The position numbers and the translations under genes are program-made. This document shows, one piece after another, positions 37,211 through 49,282 of a stretch of 64,000 nucleotides of DNA (within the stretch, counting starts at the first letter, position 1; every line of letters starts with the position of its first letter). The notes under the pieces were generated by a model. That model saw nothing but the letters and a program-made list of their open reading frames with translations. It did no database searches and was not told where the DNA came from. The stretch lies in assembly GCA_004296885.1 (NCBI GenBank), contig SCVN01000018.1:2980-66979 (forward strand), read 5' to 3'. The stretch comes from Nitrospirota bacterium (lineage in GTDB: Bacteria > Nitrospirota > Nitrospiria > Nitrospirales > Nitrospiraceae).

Positions 37211-38394
37211 AGGCGGCTCGGCTCCTGTAAGAGGCGATCAACCGCGGCCAGAAAAAGGCCGCCGCGATGGCCGTCGGTCACCCGGTGGTCGGCGGACAGC
37301 GTCGCGGTGACCACCGGCCTGGCCTCGACCCGGCTTTCGGCGACCCAGGGCCGCTCCACGACTTTGCCGAATCCTACCAGCGCCACCTGCGGGGGATAGA
37401 TGACGCCGAAGACGGTCTCGACGCCTTGTTCCCCGAGGCTGGTCACCGTGATCGTCGGGTCGGACAGTTCGGAACTGCGCAAGGTGCCGGCGCGCGCCCG
37501 TTTCACGAGATCGCGGAAGTTGCGCATCAGCTCGTCCAGACTTTGACGATCCGCGTCGTGGAGGGCCGGCGCCACCAAACCACCGCCCCGGAGAGAAATC
37601 GCCACGCCCACGTGGATGCCTTGGCTCGGCGCCGCTTGCCCTTCTTTCCAGACCGCATTCAGCTCCGGCACTTCCCGCAAGGCCAGGGCGACGGCTTTGA
37701 TCAGCAACACCCCATAGAGAAGCCGGTCCGTGACGGCCCGCTTCCGATTTTCGTCAGTCAGCCAGGTCATCGCCCGGCTCATATCGATGGTGTTGCCCAG
37801 GTAGTAGTGGGGGATCTCCCGTTTGGAGCGGGCCATGGCCGCGGCAATGGCCTGCCTCATCCGTCCCATTCGGTCCAAGCCCGCTTCCGGCTCGGCCGGC
37901 GGGACAGGCTTCGCCGAGGCCCGTTCGATATCCTCCCGCGTAATCGCGCTCTCCGGCCCTGTGCCGCGCACCTTGGCCGGGTCCACGCCAAGCTGGGCTG
38001 CTAACTGTTTGGCGGAAGGGGAAATCTTCATGCGGCTCGGCTCGACTGCCGGAAGCGGGGAGGGCGGAGCCGCGCGAACCGGAGACGGAGGCGGCACCGG
38101 GACTTCGCCTGTCGTGGGAGGCGGGAGCGGGGCAGCAACCGACGCCGAAGCCGGCTGGCCTTCCTCCCGGATGATGGCCATCACTGTGCCGACCGGCACT
38201 TGTTCGCCCGGCTGTACCAGGAGTTTTTCGATCATGCCGCTGGCGAAGACTTCGACGTCGATGGCCGCCTTGTCGGTTTCCACTTCGGCGATGACCTCGC
38301 CACGGGTCACCCGATCACCAGGCTTTTTCTTCCAGGCGACCAACGTGCCGGCGCTCATGTCGGCCCCCAGCGTGGGCATCACAAACTCAGCCAT
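37207..38394 (-). CDS. Dihydrolipoamide acyltransferase (E2) of a 2-oxoacid/acetoin dehydrogenase complex
   Basis: Lipoyl domain ([12 protein letters not shown]), a peripheral subunit-binding domain, and a catalytic domain with [10 protein letters not shown]. Confidence 0.9.
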   Translation of the reverse strand: MAEFVMPTLGADMSAGTLVAWKKKPGDRVTRGEVIAEVETDKAAIDVEVFASGMIEKLLVQPGEQVPVGTVMAIIREEGQPASASVAAPLPPPTTGEVPVPPPSPVRAAPPSPLPAVEPSRMKISPSAKQLAAQLGVDPAKVRGTGPESAITREDIERASAKPVPPAEPEAGLDRMGRMRQAIAAAMARSKREIPHYYLGNTIDMSRAMTWLTDENRKRAVTDRLLYGVLLIKAVALALREVPELNAVWKEGQAAPSQGIHVGVAISLRGGGLVAPALHDADRQSLDELMRNFRDLVKRARAGTLRSSELSDPTITVTSLGEQGVETVFGVIYPPQVALVGFGKVVERPWVAESRVEARPVVTATLSADHRVTDGHRGGLFLAAVDRLLQEPSRL

Positions 38395-38421
38395 GCAGCG
38401 TCACCATGTCCGGCAAGATTC

Positions 38422-38784
38422 TCACTTCGCGAGGAGCATTTTCAACGAAATCAGAAGCATCGCCACTCCGAAGATTCGTTCCAACATGACGTTGGGAATG
38501 CCGATAGCCAATTTCGCACCCAACAGGCCCCCTAGGAAAAACCCCGCGCAGATCAGCAGGGCGACTTCGAAATTCACATATCCGCTTTTATAATAAGTCC
38601 AGGCGGCCGGCAGCCCAATGGGCGGAACCAAGAGAGCCAACGTCGTCCCTTGGGCCTCATGCTGCGAGAAACCAAAGAGGAAGATTAATAAAGGAACGAT
38701 CACCACCCCTCCTCCAACGCCGATCAGCCCGCTCAGGATGCCGGCCGTGACTCCCAGAATCACAAAGAGCAACTCATTAGGCAT
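38422..38784 (-). CDS. Half-size TauE/SafE (TSUP) family membrane protein
   Basis: 120 aa with GILSGLIGVGGGVVIVPLL and 4 TM helices. Confidence 0.7.
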   Translation of the reverse strand: MPNELLFVILGVTAGILSGLIGVGGGVVIVPLLIFLFGFSQHEAQGTTLALLVPPIGLPAAWTYYKSGYVNFEVALLICAGFFLGGLLGAKLAIGIPNVMLERIFGVAMLLISLKMLLAK

Positions 38785-38834
38785 AGGGTGTCCCCCTCAT
38801 ATTCACGCGGCAGCTCAGCATGAACATCTGGAAT

Positions 38835-39815
38835 TCAACCATGGGACTTCACCGACTGCTGGACAGCATGCACGATCGCCGCGACGTTGGGCAGCGCCGC
38901 ATCCTCCAGATGTTTGGGGTAGGGGATCGGAACCTCCGCGCTACAGACGCGCGCCACCGGTCCGTCCAACTCGTAGAACCCGCCCTCCATGATCTGCGCG
39001 CTGATTTCGGCCGCGAAGCTGCCGGTCCGCCAGCCCTCGTCCACGATCAGGGCCCGGTGAGTCTTGGCGACCGAGGTCAGGATCGTCGGCGTGTCCAGCG
39101 GGCGCAACGATCGCAGATCAATGACCTCGGCGTCGATGCCCTCGCCGGCCAGTCGGTCGGCCGCGTCCATCGCTTTCCAGAGCGACCCGCCGAAGGTGAT
39201 CACGGTGACATCGCGCCCCGACCGGCGCACGGCCGCCCGGGTCAGCTCCACCGCCGCCGATTCGTCCAATTCCCCCTCGGTGGGATAGAGATAGGCATGC
39301 TCGAAGATAAACACCGGGTCCGGTTCCTTGAGCGCGGCCAGCAACATGCCTTTTGCATCGGTCACGGTCGCCGGGGTCACCACCTTGATCCCGGGAATAT
39401 GCGCATACCAGCCCTCCAGACTGTGGGAATGTTGCGCCGCCACCTGACGGCCCCCTCCGGTGGCCATGCGCACCACGAGGGGCACGCTGAACTGCCCGCC
39501 GGACATGTGCCGGATCGTCGCCGCGTTGTTGACGATCTGATCCAGGGCCAGCAGGCTGAAATTGACGGTCATGACTTCCACGACGGGCCGCATACCGCCG
39601 AGGGCTGCGCCGATGCCGGCCCCGACGAAAGCGGACTCCGAGAGAGGCGTGTCGCGGATGCGCTCGGGGCCGAATTCCTCCAGCAGGCCGCGGCTGCAGG
39701 CATAGGCCCCACCGTAGCGACCGACATCCTCGCCCATCAGAAAGACCCGCGGGTCGCCGAGCAGCGCCTCGCGCAACCCGGCCCGCACCGCCTCGCGATA
39801 GGTGATCTTCGTCAT
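38835..39815 (-). CDS. 2-oxoacid (pyruvate/acetoin) dehydrogenase E1 beta subunit
   Basis: 326 aa with the transketolase-like pyrimidine-binding pattern [34 protein letters not shown]. Confidence 0.92.
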   Translation of the reverse strand: MTKITYREAVRAGLREALLGDPRVFLMGEDVGRYGGAYACSRGLLEEFGPERIRDTPLSESAFVGAGIGAALGGMRPVVEVMTVNFSLLALDQIVNNAATIRHMSGGQFSVPLVVRMATGGGRQVAAQHSHSLEGWYAHIPGIKVVTPATVTDAKGMLLAALKEPDPVFIFEHAYLYPTEGELDESAAVELTRAAVRRSGRDVTVITFGGSLWKAMDAADRLAGEGIDAEVIDLRSLRPLDTPTILTSVAKTHRALIVDEGWRTGSFAAEISAQIMEGGFYELDGPVARVCSAEVPIPYPKHLEDAALPNVAAIVHAVQQSVKSHG

Positions 39816-39874
39816 CGCGTCACGCCCTGATCTTCATGACACAGGCCAACATACACCGGCGCTTCGTCTTGGGC

Positions 39875-40135
39875 CTAGGTTACAGGCCCTCGCGCATGTT
39901 CCTTATGCGCCTTCAGATGGTCCTCGCAGGCTTGCTGACAGGACGCAATCGAGGCCTTGATGCGGTTGACCTTCTCCGCCATCTCTTCTTCCGCCTTTTG
40001 CGCGTAATCCTTCAAGGTGGCTCTGGTTTCCCGCCCCGACTTGGGAGCCAAGAGCAGACCCGCAGCCGCGCCGATGAGCACGCCGCCCAAAAACGCCACG
40101 ATCAGCCCCTCCACATTGCCGTCTTCTCTCTCCAT
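39875..40135 (-). CDS. YtxH-domain small membrane-associated protein
   Basis: Motif GLIVAFLGGVLIGAAAGLLLAPKSGRETR. RBS AAGGAGGAAG. Inserted between the E1 alpha and beta genes. Confidence 0.7.
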   Translation of the reverse strand: MEREDGNVEGLIVAFLGGVLIGAAAGLLLAPKSGRETRATLKDYAQKAEEEMAEKVNRIKASIASCQQACEDHLKAHKEHARGPVT

Positions 40136-40166
40136 GATGCTTCCTCCTTGTAAACGCCTCACTGTC

Positions 40167-41141
40167 CTACTTCAAAATGGTGTACACATACTTCGTCAGG
40201 TCTTCGACCGGCTCCCAGGGTCCCGCCTCCGCCTCCGCCACAGCCGCGGCGATCTCCGCGGCAATATCCTCCTCCATGGCCGCCAGGTCCTCGGAGGTCA
40301 GACACTTCCATTCCCGCAGTTGCCCTTCGAAGATCGAGATCGGATCGCGCTGCTTCCACTGCGCGACCTCCTCTTTTGTGCGGTAGAGTTCCGCGTCGTA
40401 CATCGAATGGGCGCGAAACCGATAGGTGCGATATTCCAGCAAGGACGGACCGTTGCCGCCGCGCACCGATTCGGCGGCCCGTTTGGTCGCCTCCTCAACG
40501 GCCAGCACATCCATGCCGTCCACGGCCTCGGCGGGGACCCCCTCGGCTTGCGCCTTGAGCGTGATGTCCGGTTGGGCCTGATGGCGCGACAAGGCGGTTC
40601 CCATCGCATACAGATTGTTCTCGCAGAGAAACAGCACCGGCAGCTTCCACAGCGCCGCCAGGTTGAGCGATTCGTGGAACTCGCCTTCCGCCACCGCTCC
40701 ATCCCCGAAGAAACAGGCGGTCACGCGGGCCTTGCCTTGCAGTTTGTCGGCCAAGGCCAGCCCGACCGCCACCGGCAACCCGCCGCCCACAATGGCCATC
40801 CCGCCGTAAAAGCGGCGCGAGGCATCGAAGAAGTGCATGGAGCCGCCTCGGCCCCTGGCGCAGCCGTTGGCCTTGCCGTAGAGCTCCGCCATCAAGGAGC
40901 CGGCCGGCGTGCCGCGCAGGAGCGCCTGGCCATGTTCCCGATAAGTCGCCACAAGGGCGTCCTCTTGCGTGAGCGCCTGCATCGCTCCCACCGCCACCGC
41001 CTCTTCGCCGATGTAGAGGTGGAGAAAGCCGCGAATCTTGCCGAGGCTGTAGAGTTCCGCCGCCTTTTCCTCGAAGCGGCGAATGCGGAGCATCTGCCGC
41101 AACAACTTCAAGGCATGCGCACGTTCAACCGCGAGACTCAT
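40167..41141 (-). CDS. 2-oxoacid (pyruvate/acetoin) dehydrogenase E1 alpha subunit (TPP-dependent)
   Basis: Motifs [13 protein letters not shown] and TPP motif [22 protein letters not shown] 41141 is preferred over GTG 41147 because of the RBS AAGGGAG. Confidence 0.92.
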   Translation of the reverse strand: MSLAVERAHALKLLRQMLRIRRFEEKAAELYSLGKIRGFLHLYIGEEAVAVGAMQALTQEDALVATYREHGQALLRGTPAGSLMAELYGKANGCARGRGGSMHFFDASRRFYGGMAIVGGGLPVAVGLALADKLQGKARVTACFFGDGAVAEGEFHESLNLAALWKLPVLFLCENNLYAMGTALSRHQAQPDITLKAQAEGVPAEAVDGMDVLAVEEATKRAAESVRGGNGPSLLEYRTYRFRAHSMYDAELYRTKEEVAQWKQRDPISIFEGQLREWKCLTSEDLAAMEEDIAAEIAAAVAEAEAGPWEPVEDLTKYVYTILK

Positions 41142-41254
41142 AGGCACTCCCTTGCACGCACACGACGCGGAGAGGAGGTGACGGGGAGACGCGGGGATTC
41201 GTCCCTTTTATGCCGCCGCATCGCCATGTCTCCGCGTCTCCCCATCGTCCCCTC

Positions 41255-43030
<1,776 letters not shown>

Positions 43031-43151
43031 TTACCCTCTGTTGGTGCAAAGGCCAGACCAAAGGAGAGTCGGCCTGCTTCCGGCAGGCGCGAGAACAAAT
43101 CCTCAAGAAATCAGACCGATGGGCGCAGTCGTCCCACAGCCCTCCATCGGC

Positions 43152-43158
43152 CTGTAGC
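43152..43158 (+). promoter_or_regulatory. CTGTAGC upstream element
   Basis: CCTGTAGCATT is the same 11-mer as at 8372-8382. Centred 83 nt upstream of the GG at 43238. Confidence 0.35.
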
Positions 43159-43236
43159 ATTATTCATCAAGCCGGAGAACAGGTACGGGGAGAATCGCGT
43201 CAGGCCTTTACTCCTGCCGCCCCTCCTCGCAGGCCG

Positions 43237-43252
43237 TGGCCGGTTACCAGCA
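43237..43252 (+). promoter_or_regulatory. sigma-54-type -24/-12 promoter candidate (weaker -12)
   Basis: TGGCCG-GTTAC-CAGCA with correct GG/GC spacing, 105 nt upstream of ATG 43357. Confidence 0.3.
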
Positions 43253-43356
43253 ACCAGGTGCGCGAAATCATAGCGCTTCCAGGCGTAGCAAGATGCAAGT
43301 GACTGCGCACAGTTCTTGCCTTTTGAAGCGATCGCCACAAGACGAGGAACCATGCC

Positions 43357-44691
43357 ATGGATCAGACCAAGGTGCTCATCATGGGGGCGGCCGGGAGGGA
43401 CTTTCACAATTTCAACGTCCGGTTCCGCCAAGACCCCCAGTACCGGGTCATCGCCTTCACCGCCGCGCAAATTCCGAATATTGCCGAGCGGCTCTATCCG
43501 CCGGTCCTGGCCGGCCCCCTCTACCCGAAGGGCATCCCGATCCACGCCGAGGCGGAATTGGAATCCTTGATCGAGACACATCAGGCAGACCGGGTGGTCT
43601 TCGCCTACAGCGACGTGTCGCACGAAACCGTCATGCACAAGGCCTCGCAAGTCATGGCCCAGGGAGCGGACTTTTGGTTTCTCGGTCCGCGCGCAACGAT
43701 GCTGGCCTCCAGCAAGCCGGTGGTCTCGGTCTGTGCAGTCAGGACCGGCTGCGGCAAAAGCCCGGCGGCCCGCAAGATCGCGGCCATTCTCCGCAGCGAG
43801 GGGCTCCGTGTGGCGGTCGTCCGCCATCCCATGCCCTACGGCGACCTGGCCAAACAGGCCGTGCAACGTTTCGCCAGCCTCGAAGATTTGACTCGCGCCG
43901 CTTGCACGATCGAAGAGATGGAAGAGTATGAACCCCATATCGCAAACGGCATCCCCGTCTATGCCGGCGTGGACTATGAACGCATCTTGCGTCACGCAGA
44001 AGCGGACGCCGATGTGATCCTCTGGGACGGAGGCAACAACGATTGGCCTTTTTTCGCCTCAGACCTGGAGATGGTCCTGATGGACCCGCACCGGGCCGGG
44101 CATGAACGGCGCTACTTTCCCGGCGAGGTCAATTTGCGCCGGGCGCAGGTCATGGTCCTGACCAAACTGGACAGCGCCAGCCCGGAGCAGATCGGGGCTC
44201 TGCGCGAGAGCCTCCACCGGGAGAATCCGGCCGCTGCCGTGATCGAGTGCACCATGCCCGTGTCGGTGACCGATCCGGCGACAGTCTGCGGGAAGCGGGT
44301 CCTGGTCGTGGAGGATGGCCCGACGCTCACCCACGGAGGCATGAGCTTTGGGGCCGGGACGCTCGCGGCCAGAAAATGGGGCGCCTGCGAACTTGTGGAC
44401 CCGCGACCTTGGGCCGTCGGGTCGATTCGCCAAACCTTTGCCGATTACCCGCATATCGGCCCCTTGCTCCCGGCCATGGGCTACGGGCCCCAGCAGATAC
44501 GAGAGCTCGAAGAGACGATCGGACGAGTCGCGTGCGATCTGGTATTGATCGCCACCCCGGCGGACCTGCGGCGCGTGATTCAGATCGCGCAGCCCACCGT
44601 GCGGGTGACCTATGAGCTGCAAGAAGTCGGCGGCCTGACGTTTCGCGATGTCGTGCGAGGATTCCTGCAGAAGGTCAAGGCCCATGCCTGA
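43357..44691 (+). CDS. COG2403-type P-loop protein (cyclic 2,3-diphosphoglycerate synthetase-like)
   Basis: 444 aa with N-terminus VLIMGAAGRDFHNFN and P-loop VCAVRTGCGKSPAARKI. Family recalled from memory. Confidence 0.7.
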   Translation: MDQTKVLIMGAAGRDFHNFNVRFRQDPQYRVIAFTAAQIPNIAERLYPPVLAGPLYPKGIPIHAEAELESLIETHQADRVVFAYSDVSHETVMHKASQVMAQGADFWFLGPRATMLASSKPVVSVCAVRTGCGKSPAARKIAAILRSEGLRVAVVRHPMPYGDLAKQAVQRFASLEDLTRAACTIEEMEEYEPHIANGIPVYAGVDYERILRHAEADADVILWDGGNNDWPFFASDLEMVLMDPHRAGHERRYFPGEVNLRRAQVMVLTKLDSASPEQIGALRESLHRENPAAAVIECTMPVSVTDPATVCGKRVLVVEDGPTLTHGGMSFGAGTLAARKWGACELVDPRPWAVGSIRQTFADYPHIGPLLPAMGYGPQQIRELEETIGRVACDLVLIATPADLRRVIQIAQPTVRVTYELQEVGGLTFRDVVRGFLQKVKAHA

Positions 44692-45643
44692 GAGGATTCT
44701 GGTCGCACTGGGCGGCAATGCCTTGGTGAAAACCGGGCAACGGGGAACGCTCGACGAGCAAACGGCCAACCTGCCATCGGCTTTGGCCGGAGTCGCCGAG
44801 CTGATCCGGCGCGGGCATCAAGTGGTTCTTACGCACGGGAACGGCCCGCAAGTCGGACACATTCTGCTCCGTGCCGAAGCAGCGCGCGGGCAGGCCTATG
44901 ACCTGCCGCTGGATGTCTGCGTCGCGCAGTCGCAAGGAGAAACCGGCTACGTGATCCAGCAATGCCTGCAGAACCTCTTGCGGCAACGCGGGATCGGCGA
45001 TCATCCGGTTGCGGCCGTCATCACCAGAACGCTCGTCGATCCGGACGATCCGCGGATGGTGCATCCCGCCAAGCCTGTCGGCCCCTTCTATACGAAGGAG
45101 CAAGCCGAACGATGGCGCGGGCCGGGATGGCAGATCGCTGAAGACGCGCACCGGGGCTATCGGCGGGTGGTGCCCTCGCCCCTCCCGATCGGGATCGTCG
45201 AAGCCTCGGTTGTCCGTCGGCTCGTTGAGGCCGGCGTCATCGTCATCGCCGCCGGCGGCGGGGGCATTCCGGTCCGTCGGGAACGTGACGGCACGCTGGT
45301 CGGGGTCGAGGCCGTCGTGGACAAGGACTGGGCATCAAGCCGCCTGGCCATGGAGCTTGGGCTCGACAAAATTCTTGACCTGACCGCGGTGGAGCAGGTC
45401 ATGCTGGATTTCGGGACGCCGAAGGAACGGCCCCTCGCCGCCCTGACGGTACAGGAGGCCCGGGCCTATCTGGCCGAAGGCCACTTTGCGCCCGGCAGCA
45501 TGGGACCCAAGATCGAGGCTGCCGTGCAGTTTCTGGAACAGGGCGGGCGGGAGGTCATCATCACCAGTCCGGAGAACGCGCTGGCCGCGTTCGACGGCTC
45601 GGCCGGGACGCACCTGTACCCGACCCGGGGGGACAAACCATGA
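44684..45643 (+). CDS. arcC: Carbamate kinase
   Basis: Motifs ILVALGGNALV, VLTHGNGPQVG and IAAGGGGIPV. Overlaps the upstream gene by 8 nt. Confidence 0.92.
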   Translation: MPERILVALGGNALVKTGQRGTLDEQTANLPSALAGVAELIRRGHQVVLTHGNGPQVGHILLRAEAARGQAYDLPLDVCVAQSQGETGYVIQQCLQNLLRQRGIGDHPVAAVITRTLVDPDDPRMVHPAKPVGPFYTKEQAERWRGPGWQIAEDAHRGYRRVVPSPLPIGIVEASVVRRLVEAGVIVIAAGGGGIPVRRERDGTLVGVEAVVDKDWASSRLAMELGLDKILDLTAVEQVMLDFGTPKERPLAALTVQEARAYLAEGHFAPGSMGPKIEAAVQFLEQGGREVIITSPENALAAFDGSAGTHLYPTRGDKP

Positions 45644-45768
45644 AACAGAAGACATCCTTCAAGAACATGCCGAAACGCCAGGCCAAGCAATTCGCCGAAC
45701 TCAAGCAGGCGAGCGAACGGGAGCGGATCGTCAAGAAGAAGACCCGCCCACAGGCTCCGGGCCGATGA
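45640..45768 (+). CDS. Possible 42-aa highly basic small protein
   Basis: MKQKTSFKNMPKRQAKQFAELKQASERERIVKKKTRPQAPGR. ATGA overlap with the arcC stop, genome-typical codons, and it ends 9 nt before polX. Confidence 0.45.
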   Translation: MKQKTSFKNMPKRQAKQFAELKQASERERIVKKKTRPQAPGR

Positions 45769-45777
45769 GCGATTGCC

Positions 45778-47502
45778 ATGCCGGTCCATAACGCCGATAT
45801 CGCCGCCAAGTTGGACGAGATCGCCGACTTGCTGGAAATCGAGGACGCCAATCCATTCCGTATTCGCGCCTACCGCAACGCGGCGCGCACCCTGCGCGAC
45901 TTGAGCCGCGAGGTGACCAGCCTGCTGGCCCAAGGCGAGGACCTGACCGAGCTGCCCGGCATCGGCAAGGACCTGGCCGGCAAGATCGAGGACATCGTCA
46001 AGACCGGCACCACCGCCATGCTCGACGAGCACCGGAGAGCCGTGCCGCCCACGCTCACCGAACTGCTCAAGATTCCGGGGCTCGGCCCCAAGCGGGTCAA
46101 GACGCTCAGCCGTGCGCTCGGCATTCGGACGCTCAAGGACTTGCATCACGCCGCCCGTGCCGGCCGCATCAACGCGCTGGCAGGATTCGGCGAAAAACTG
46201 GAGCGGCAGATTCTGCACGAACTGGAGGCGCGGGCCGGCGCCGAGGCCCGGTTCAAGCTTGCCACGGCGGCCCAGTATGCCGAGGCGCTGGTGGCCTACC
46301 TCAAGGACTCGCCGGGCATCGGCCGGGTCGTGGCGGCCGGCAGCTATCGACGGGGCAGAGAGACGATCGGCGATCTGGACATCCTGGCGACGGCCCGCGC
46401 CGACAGCCCGGTGATGGACCGGTTCGTCTCCTACGACGAAGTGGAAGAAGTACTGGCCCGCGGTGGCACCAGGGCCACCGTCCGTCTCGCTTGCAACCTG
46501 CACGTGGACTTGCGGGTGGTCGGCGAGGAGAGCTATGGAGCCGCGCTCCAGTATTTCACGGGGAGCAAAGCGCACAACATCGTGCTGCGCCAGCTGGCGC
46601 AGCAACGGGGACTCAAGGTCAACGAATACGGGGTCTTCAAAGGAGAGCAGTACGTGGCGGGGCAGACGGAGGAATCCGTCTATGCCGCGGTGGGGCTGCC
46701 CTGGATTCCGCCGGAGCTGCGGGAAAATCGCGGCGAGTTCGACGCGGCACGGGAGGGTCGGCTCCCGCAGCTCGTGCAGCTCGGCGACCTACGAGGCGAC
46801 CTGCATGCCCACACCAACGCGACGGACGGCCGGAACAGCCTCAGGGAGATGGCCCGGGCGGCTCGCGAGCGCGGCTTCGAATACCTGGCGGTGTGCGACC
46901 ATTCCCGACGACTCACCATGACGCACGGCCTGGACGCCAAACGGTTGCTGGCCCAACTGGACGCGATCGACCGGCTGAACGAGACCCGACCGGGCATTAC
47001 CCTGCTCAAGGGGATCGAGGTGGACATTCTGGAGGATGGCCGGCTGGACCTGCCGGACGGCGTGCTCGGCCGGCTGGACTTGGTCGTGGCCGCCGTGCAC
47101 AGCCACTTCAACCTGCCGCGCGAGCGGCAGACCGAGCGGATTCTGCGGGCCATGGACCGGCCGCATTTCACGATCCTGGCCCATCCGAGCGGGCGCCTGA
47201 TTCAGGAACGGGAACCCTACGACGTGGACCTGCCGCGCGTGATCCGACAGGCGCGCGAGCGGCAATGTTTTCTGGAAGTCAACGCGCACCCGGAGCGGCT
47301 GGATCTTGCCGATGCCTATTGCCGGATGGCGAAGGAAGAGGGAGTGCTGGTCAGCATCAACTCCGACGCCCACAGCGTGCTCGACTTCGAGCACCTTCGG
47401 TTCGGCGTCGGACAGGCCCGGCGTGGATGGCTGGAACCGGCCGATGTGCTGAACAGCAGACCGCTGAGCGCCTTGCGCCCGCTGCTCCAGCGAACGATGT
47501 AA
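45778..47502 (+). CDS. polX: Family X DNA polymerase with C-terminal PHP domain
   Basis: N-terminal HhH region (NPFRIRAYRNAAR), catalytic GSYRRGRETIGDLDIL and PHP motif DLHAHTNATDG. Confidence 0.92.
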   Translation: MPVHNADIAAKLDEIADLLEIEDANPFRIRAYRNAARTLRDLSREVTSLLAQGEDLTELPGIGKDLAGKIEDIVKTGTTAMLDEHRRAVPPTLTELLKIPGLGPKRVKTLSRALGIRTLKDLHHAARAGRINALAGFGEKLERQILHELEARAGAEARFKLATAAQYAEALVAYLKDSPGIGRVVAAGSYRRGRETIGDLDILATARADSPVMDRFVSYDEVEEVLARGGTRATVRLACNLHVDLRVVGEESYGAALQYFTGSKAHNIVLRQLAQQRGLKVNEYGVFKGEQYVAGQTEESVYAAVGLPWIPPELRENRGEFDAAREGRLPQLVQLGDLRGDLHAHTNATDGRNSLREMARAARERGFEYLAVCDHSRRLTMTHGLDAKRLLAQLDAIDRLNETRPGITLLKGIEVDILEDGRLDLPDGVLGRLDLVVAAVHSHFNLPRERQTERILRAMDRPHFTILAHPSGRLIQEREPYDVDLPRVIRQARERQCFLEVNAHPERLDLADAYCRMAKEEGVLVSINSDAHSVLDFEHLRFGVGQARRGWLEPADVLNSRPLSALRPLLQRTM

Positions 47503-47696
47503 CGACCTGTCGGAAGCAACGCGCCACGGGGACGGTAGCATCGGGGGGGCCGGCACGTTCGACGAGATCGTGCTGTCCGGCATCGTCGCCGCCTATCTCG
47601 CTTGAACCGCCGGAAGGAGGCTGCCAGTCCCGACTCAGGCAAGCGCACGTCTGTGCCTCTGCCAGATCGGCTCTTCTTTTTCCTGTGTAGTCTTTC

Positions 47697-47723
47697 GCTA
47701 CAGTTTCTCCGCCACGCTGTAGC
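47697..47723. promoter_or_regulatory. Inverted repeat GCTACAG-N13-CTGTAGC (CTGTAGC element, palindromic form)
   Basis: 7-bp arms at 47697-47703 and 47717-47723. The right arm centre is 97 nt upstream of the GG at 47817. Confidence 0.5.
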
Positions 47724-47815
47724 AGGTTTTCCTGGACCGTCTCGAAAAAAGGACATCGCCGCCCGCAATACCCTTGTTTTCCAAGGAATCTCTCCCGCTG
47801 CCTGGTCGAGCCCGA

Positions 47816-47831
47816 TGGCATTGCCCTTGCT
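47816..47831 (+). promoter_or_regulatory. sigma-54-type -24/-12 promoter candidate
   Basis: TGGCAT-TGCCC-TTGCT, a near-consensus match, 42 nt upstream of ATG 47873. Confidence 0.55.
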
Positions 47832-47872
47832 GTAACTCAGCGAGCGCCTTGCGCCCGATCAGAGCGGCCGGC

Positions 47873-48331
47873 ATGACCGAACCACCCAGCAGCGATGAAA
47901 CCATCAGATGGAACACCTATCCGTCTTGGGGCCAGTTTGTCTGGCTCTACTTTATGAGCTTGTTGACCGCTTCGCGTGGCCTGTTGTTGCTTAAGTTCGA
48001 AATCCCTGGTTGGAGCCTGTGGCTGGGTGGAGCCGTCGCGCTGCTGGCCTGCGCCGCAGCTCTGCGCCGATGGGCCAAGTACAGCATCACCGCCAGCCGC
48101 GTGGTGGTGACCAACGGCTACACCGGTCGCGTGATCGAAACCGTGACCATACCGCACATCGAGGAGCTGACGATCCGACAAGGGCCGATGGCCCAGTGGC
48201 TGGGCATCGGCACACTCGTGATCCGAACCGCCGGCGGCGGACAGATCCGGTTGCGCGGGATCAACGATCCGGAGGTGGTGAGGAACCGACTCGAAGCCAT
48301 GAGGCCGGCTGGTGCCGCCCCGGCCGACTAG
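47873..48331 (+). CDS. Bacterial PH-domain (bPH_2/YdbT-like) membrane protein
   Basis: Two TM helices followed by ITASRVVVTNGYTGRVIETVTIPHIEELTIRQG..GIGTLVIRT. Confidence 0.7.
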   Translation: MTEPPSSDETIRWNTYPSWGQFVWLYFMSLLTASRGLLLLKFEIPGWSLWLGGAVALLACAAALRRWAKYSITASRVVVTNGYTGRVIETVTIPHIEELTIRQGPMAQWLGIGTLVIRTAGGGQIRLRGINDPEVVRNRLEAMRPAGAAPAD

Positions 48332-48360
48332 CGTACCGTACCCTCATCTGATGGGGGCCT

Positions 48361-49239
48361 ATGAAGCTGACCGCGTGGATTGATCCCTGGCGTGACGCCA
48401 CCGTCGCCATCGGCCACGTGCACTCGTTTCCGGTCACAGGGCGAGGGGGGCAACCCTCCCGACGCAACTTTTTTGTGGTGATCGGCACCGGCGTCATGTT
48501 CTGGCTGAAGAACGACCCGACCAGGACTCCGTGGCTGGTGACCGCCAAACATGTCTTCCTGGATCAGGCGGAGGGTTGGGCCCCCTCCCACTTGCAGATT
48601 CGCTTCTCCTGGTTGGATGCCCAACCCGTGGATGAACACCTCGGGGTCCGGATCACCCTCAAGCAACGGGGCCGGCGACGGTGGTTGGCTCATCCGGACC
48701 CCGCCGTTGACTTGGCCTGTCTCCCGTTAGCCATCCCGCCGGAACAAGCCGGCAGGACCAGAGTGCCGACGGTGACGATGGATGACTTTGCCGCCGCCAA
48801 GGATATCTACGAAGGAGCCCCCGTGGTCGTGCTGGGCTACCCCGGTGCGGTCGGCCCGCATTTTTGGACGAGAGCGATCGTTCGTCAGGGCATCATCTCG
48901 TGGGTGTCGCCGACCCAACCGCAATCCACCCCCTTCTTGATCGACAGCAACGTGTTTCCGGGCAACAGCGGCGGGCCGGTCTTTAAGCTGCCGGCCGGAA
49001 CGGACCGTCATGGACACTTCGCGGCCGGCGGAAAAGTGGCCTTGTTGGGCATCGTGACCCAGGCCAGGATTCAAAAGCTCCCGCTCACGGTAGGCGGGAA
49101 AGAGCTTGAAGTCCAGTTGAAGGGCAAGAAGCGGCCGGAAACCCCCTTTGTCCCAAGCTTCATCGGCCTCGGCGTCATCGAGCCGGCTTTCCGGGTCAAA
49201 CAGTTGCTATCGGCGGCGACGCTTTCCCGGAAACACTGA
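48361..49239 (+). CDS. Cytoplasmic trypsin-like (S1/Trypsin_2) serine protease
   Basis: Putative triad H (VTAKHVF), D (VDLACL), S (PGNSGGPVF). No signal peptide. Confidence 0.75.
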   Translation: MKLTAWIDPWRDATVAIGHVHSFPVTGRGGQPSRRNFFVVIGTGVMFWLKNDPTRTPWLVTAKHVFLDQAEGWAPSHLQIRFSWLDAQPVDEHLGVRITLKQRGRRRWLAHPDPAVDLACLPLAIPPEQAGRTRVPTVTMDDFAAAKDIYEGAPVVVLGYPGAVGPHFWTRAIVRQGIISWVSPTQPQSTPFLIDSNVFPGNSGGPVFKLPAGTDRHGHFAAGGKVALLGIVTQARIQKLPLTVGGKELEVQLKGKKRPETPFVPSFIGLGVIEPAFRVKQLLSAATLSRKH

Positions 49240-49282
49240 GGCCCGCAGCGCACCAAGAACGGTCGGAAATGGGGGCTTCGTT

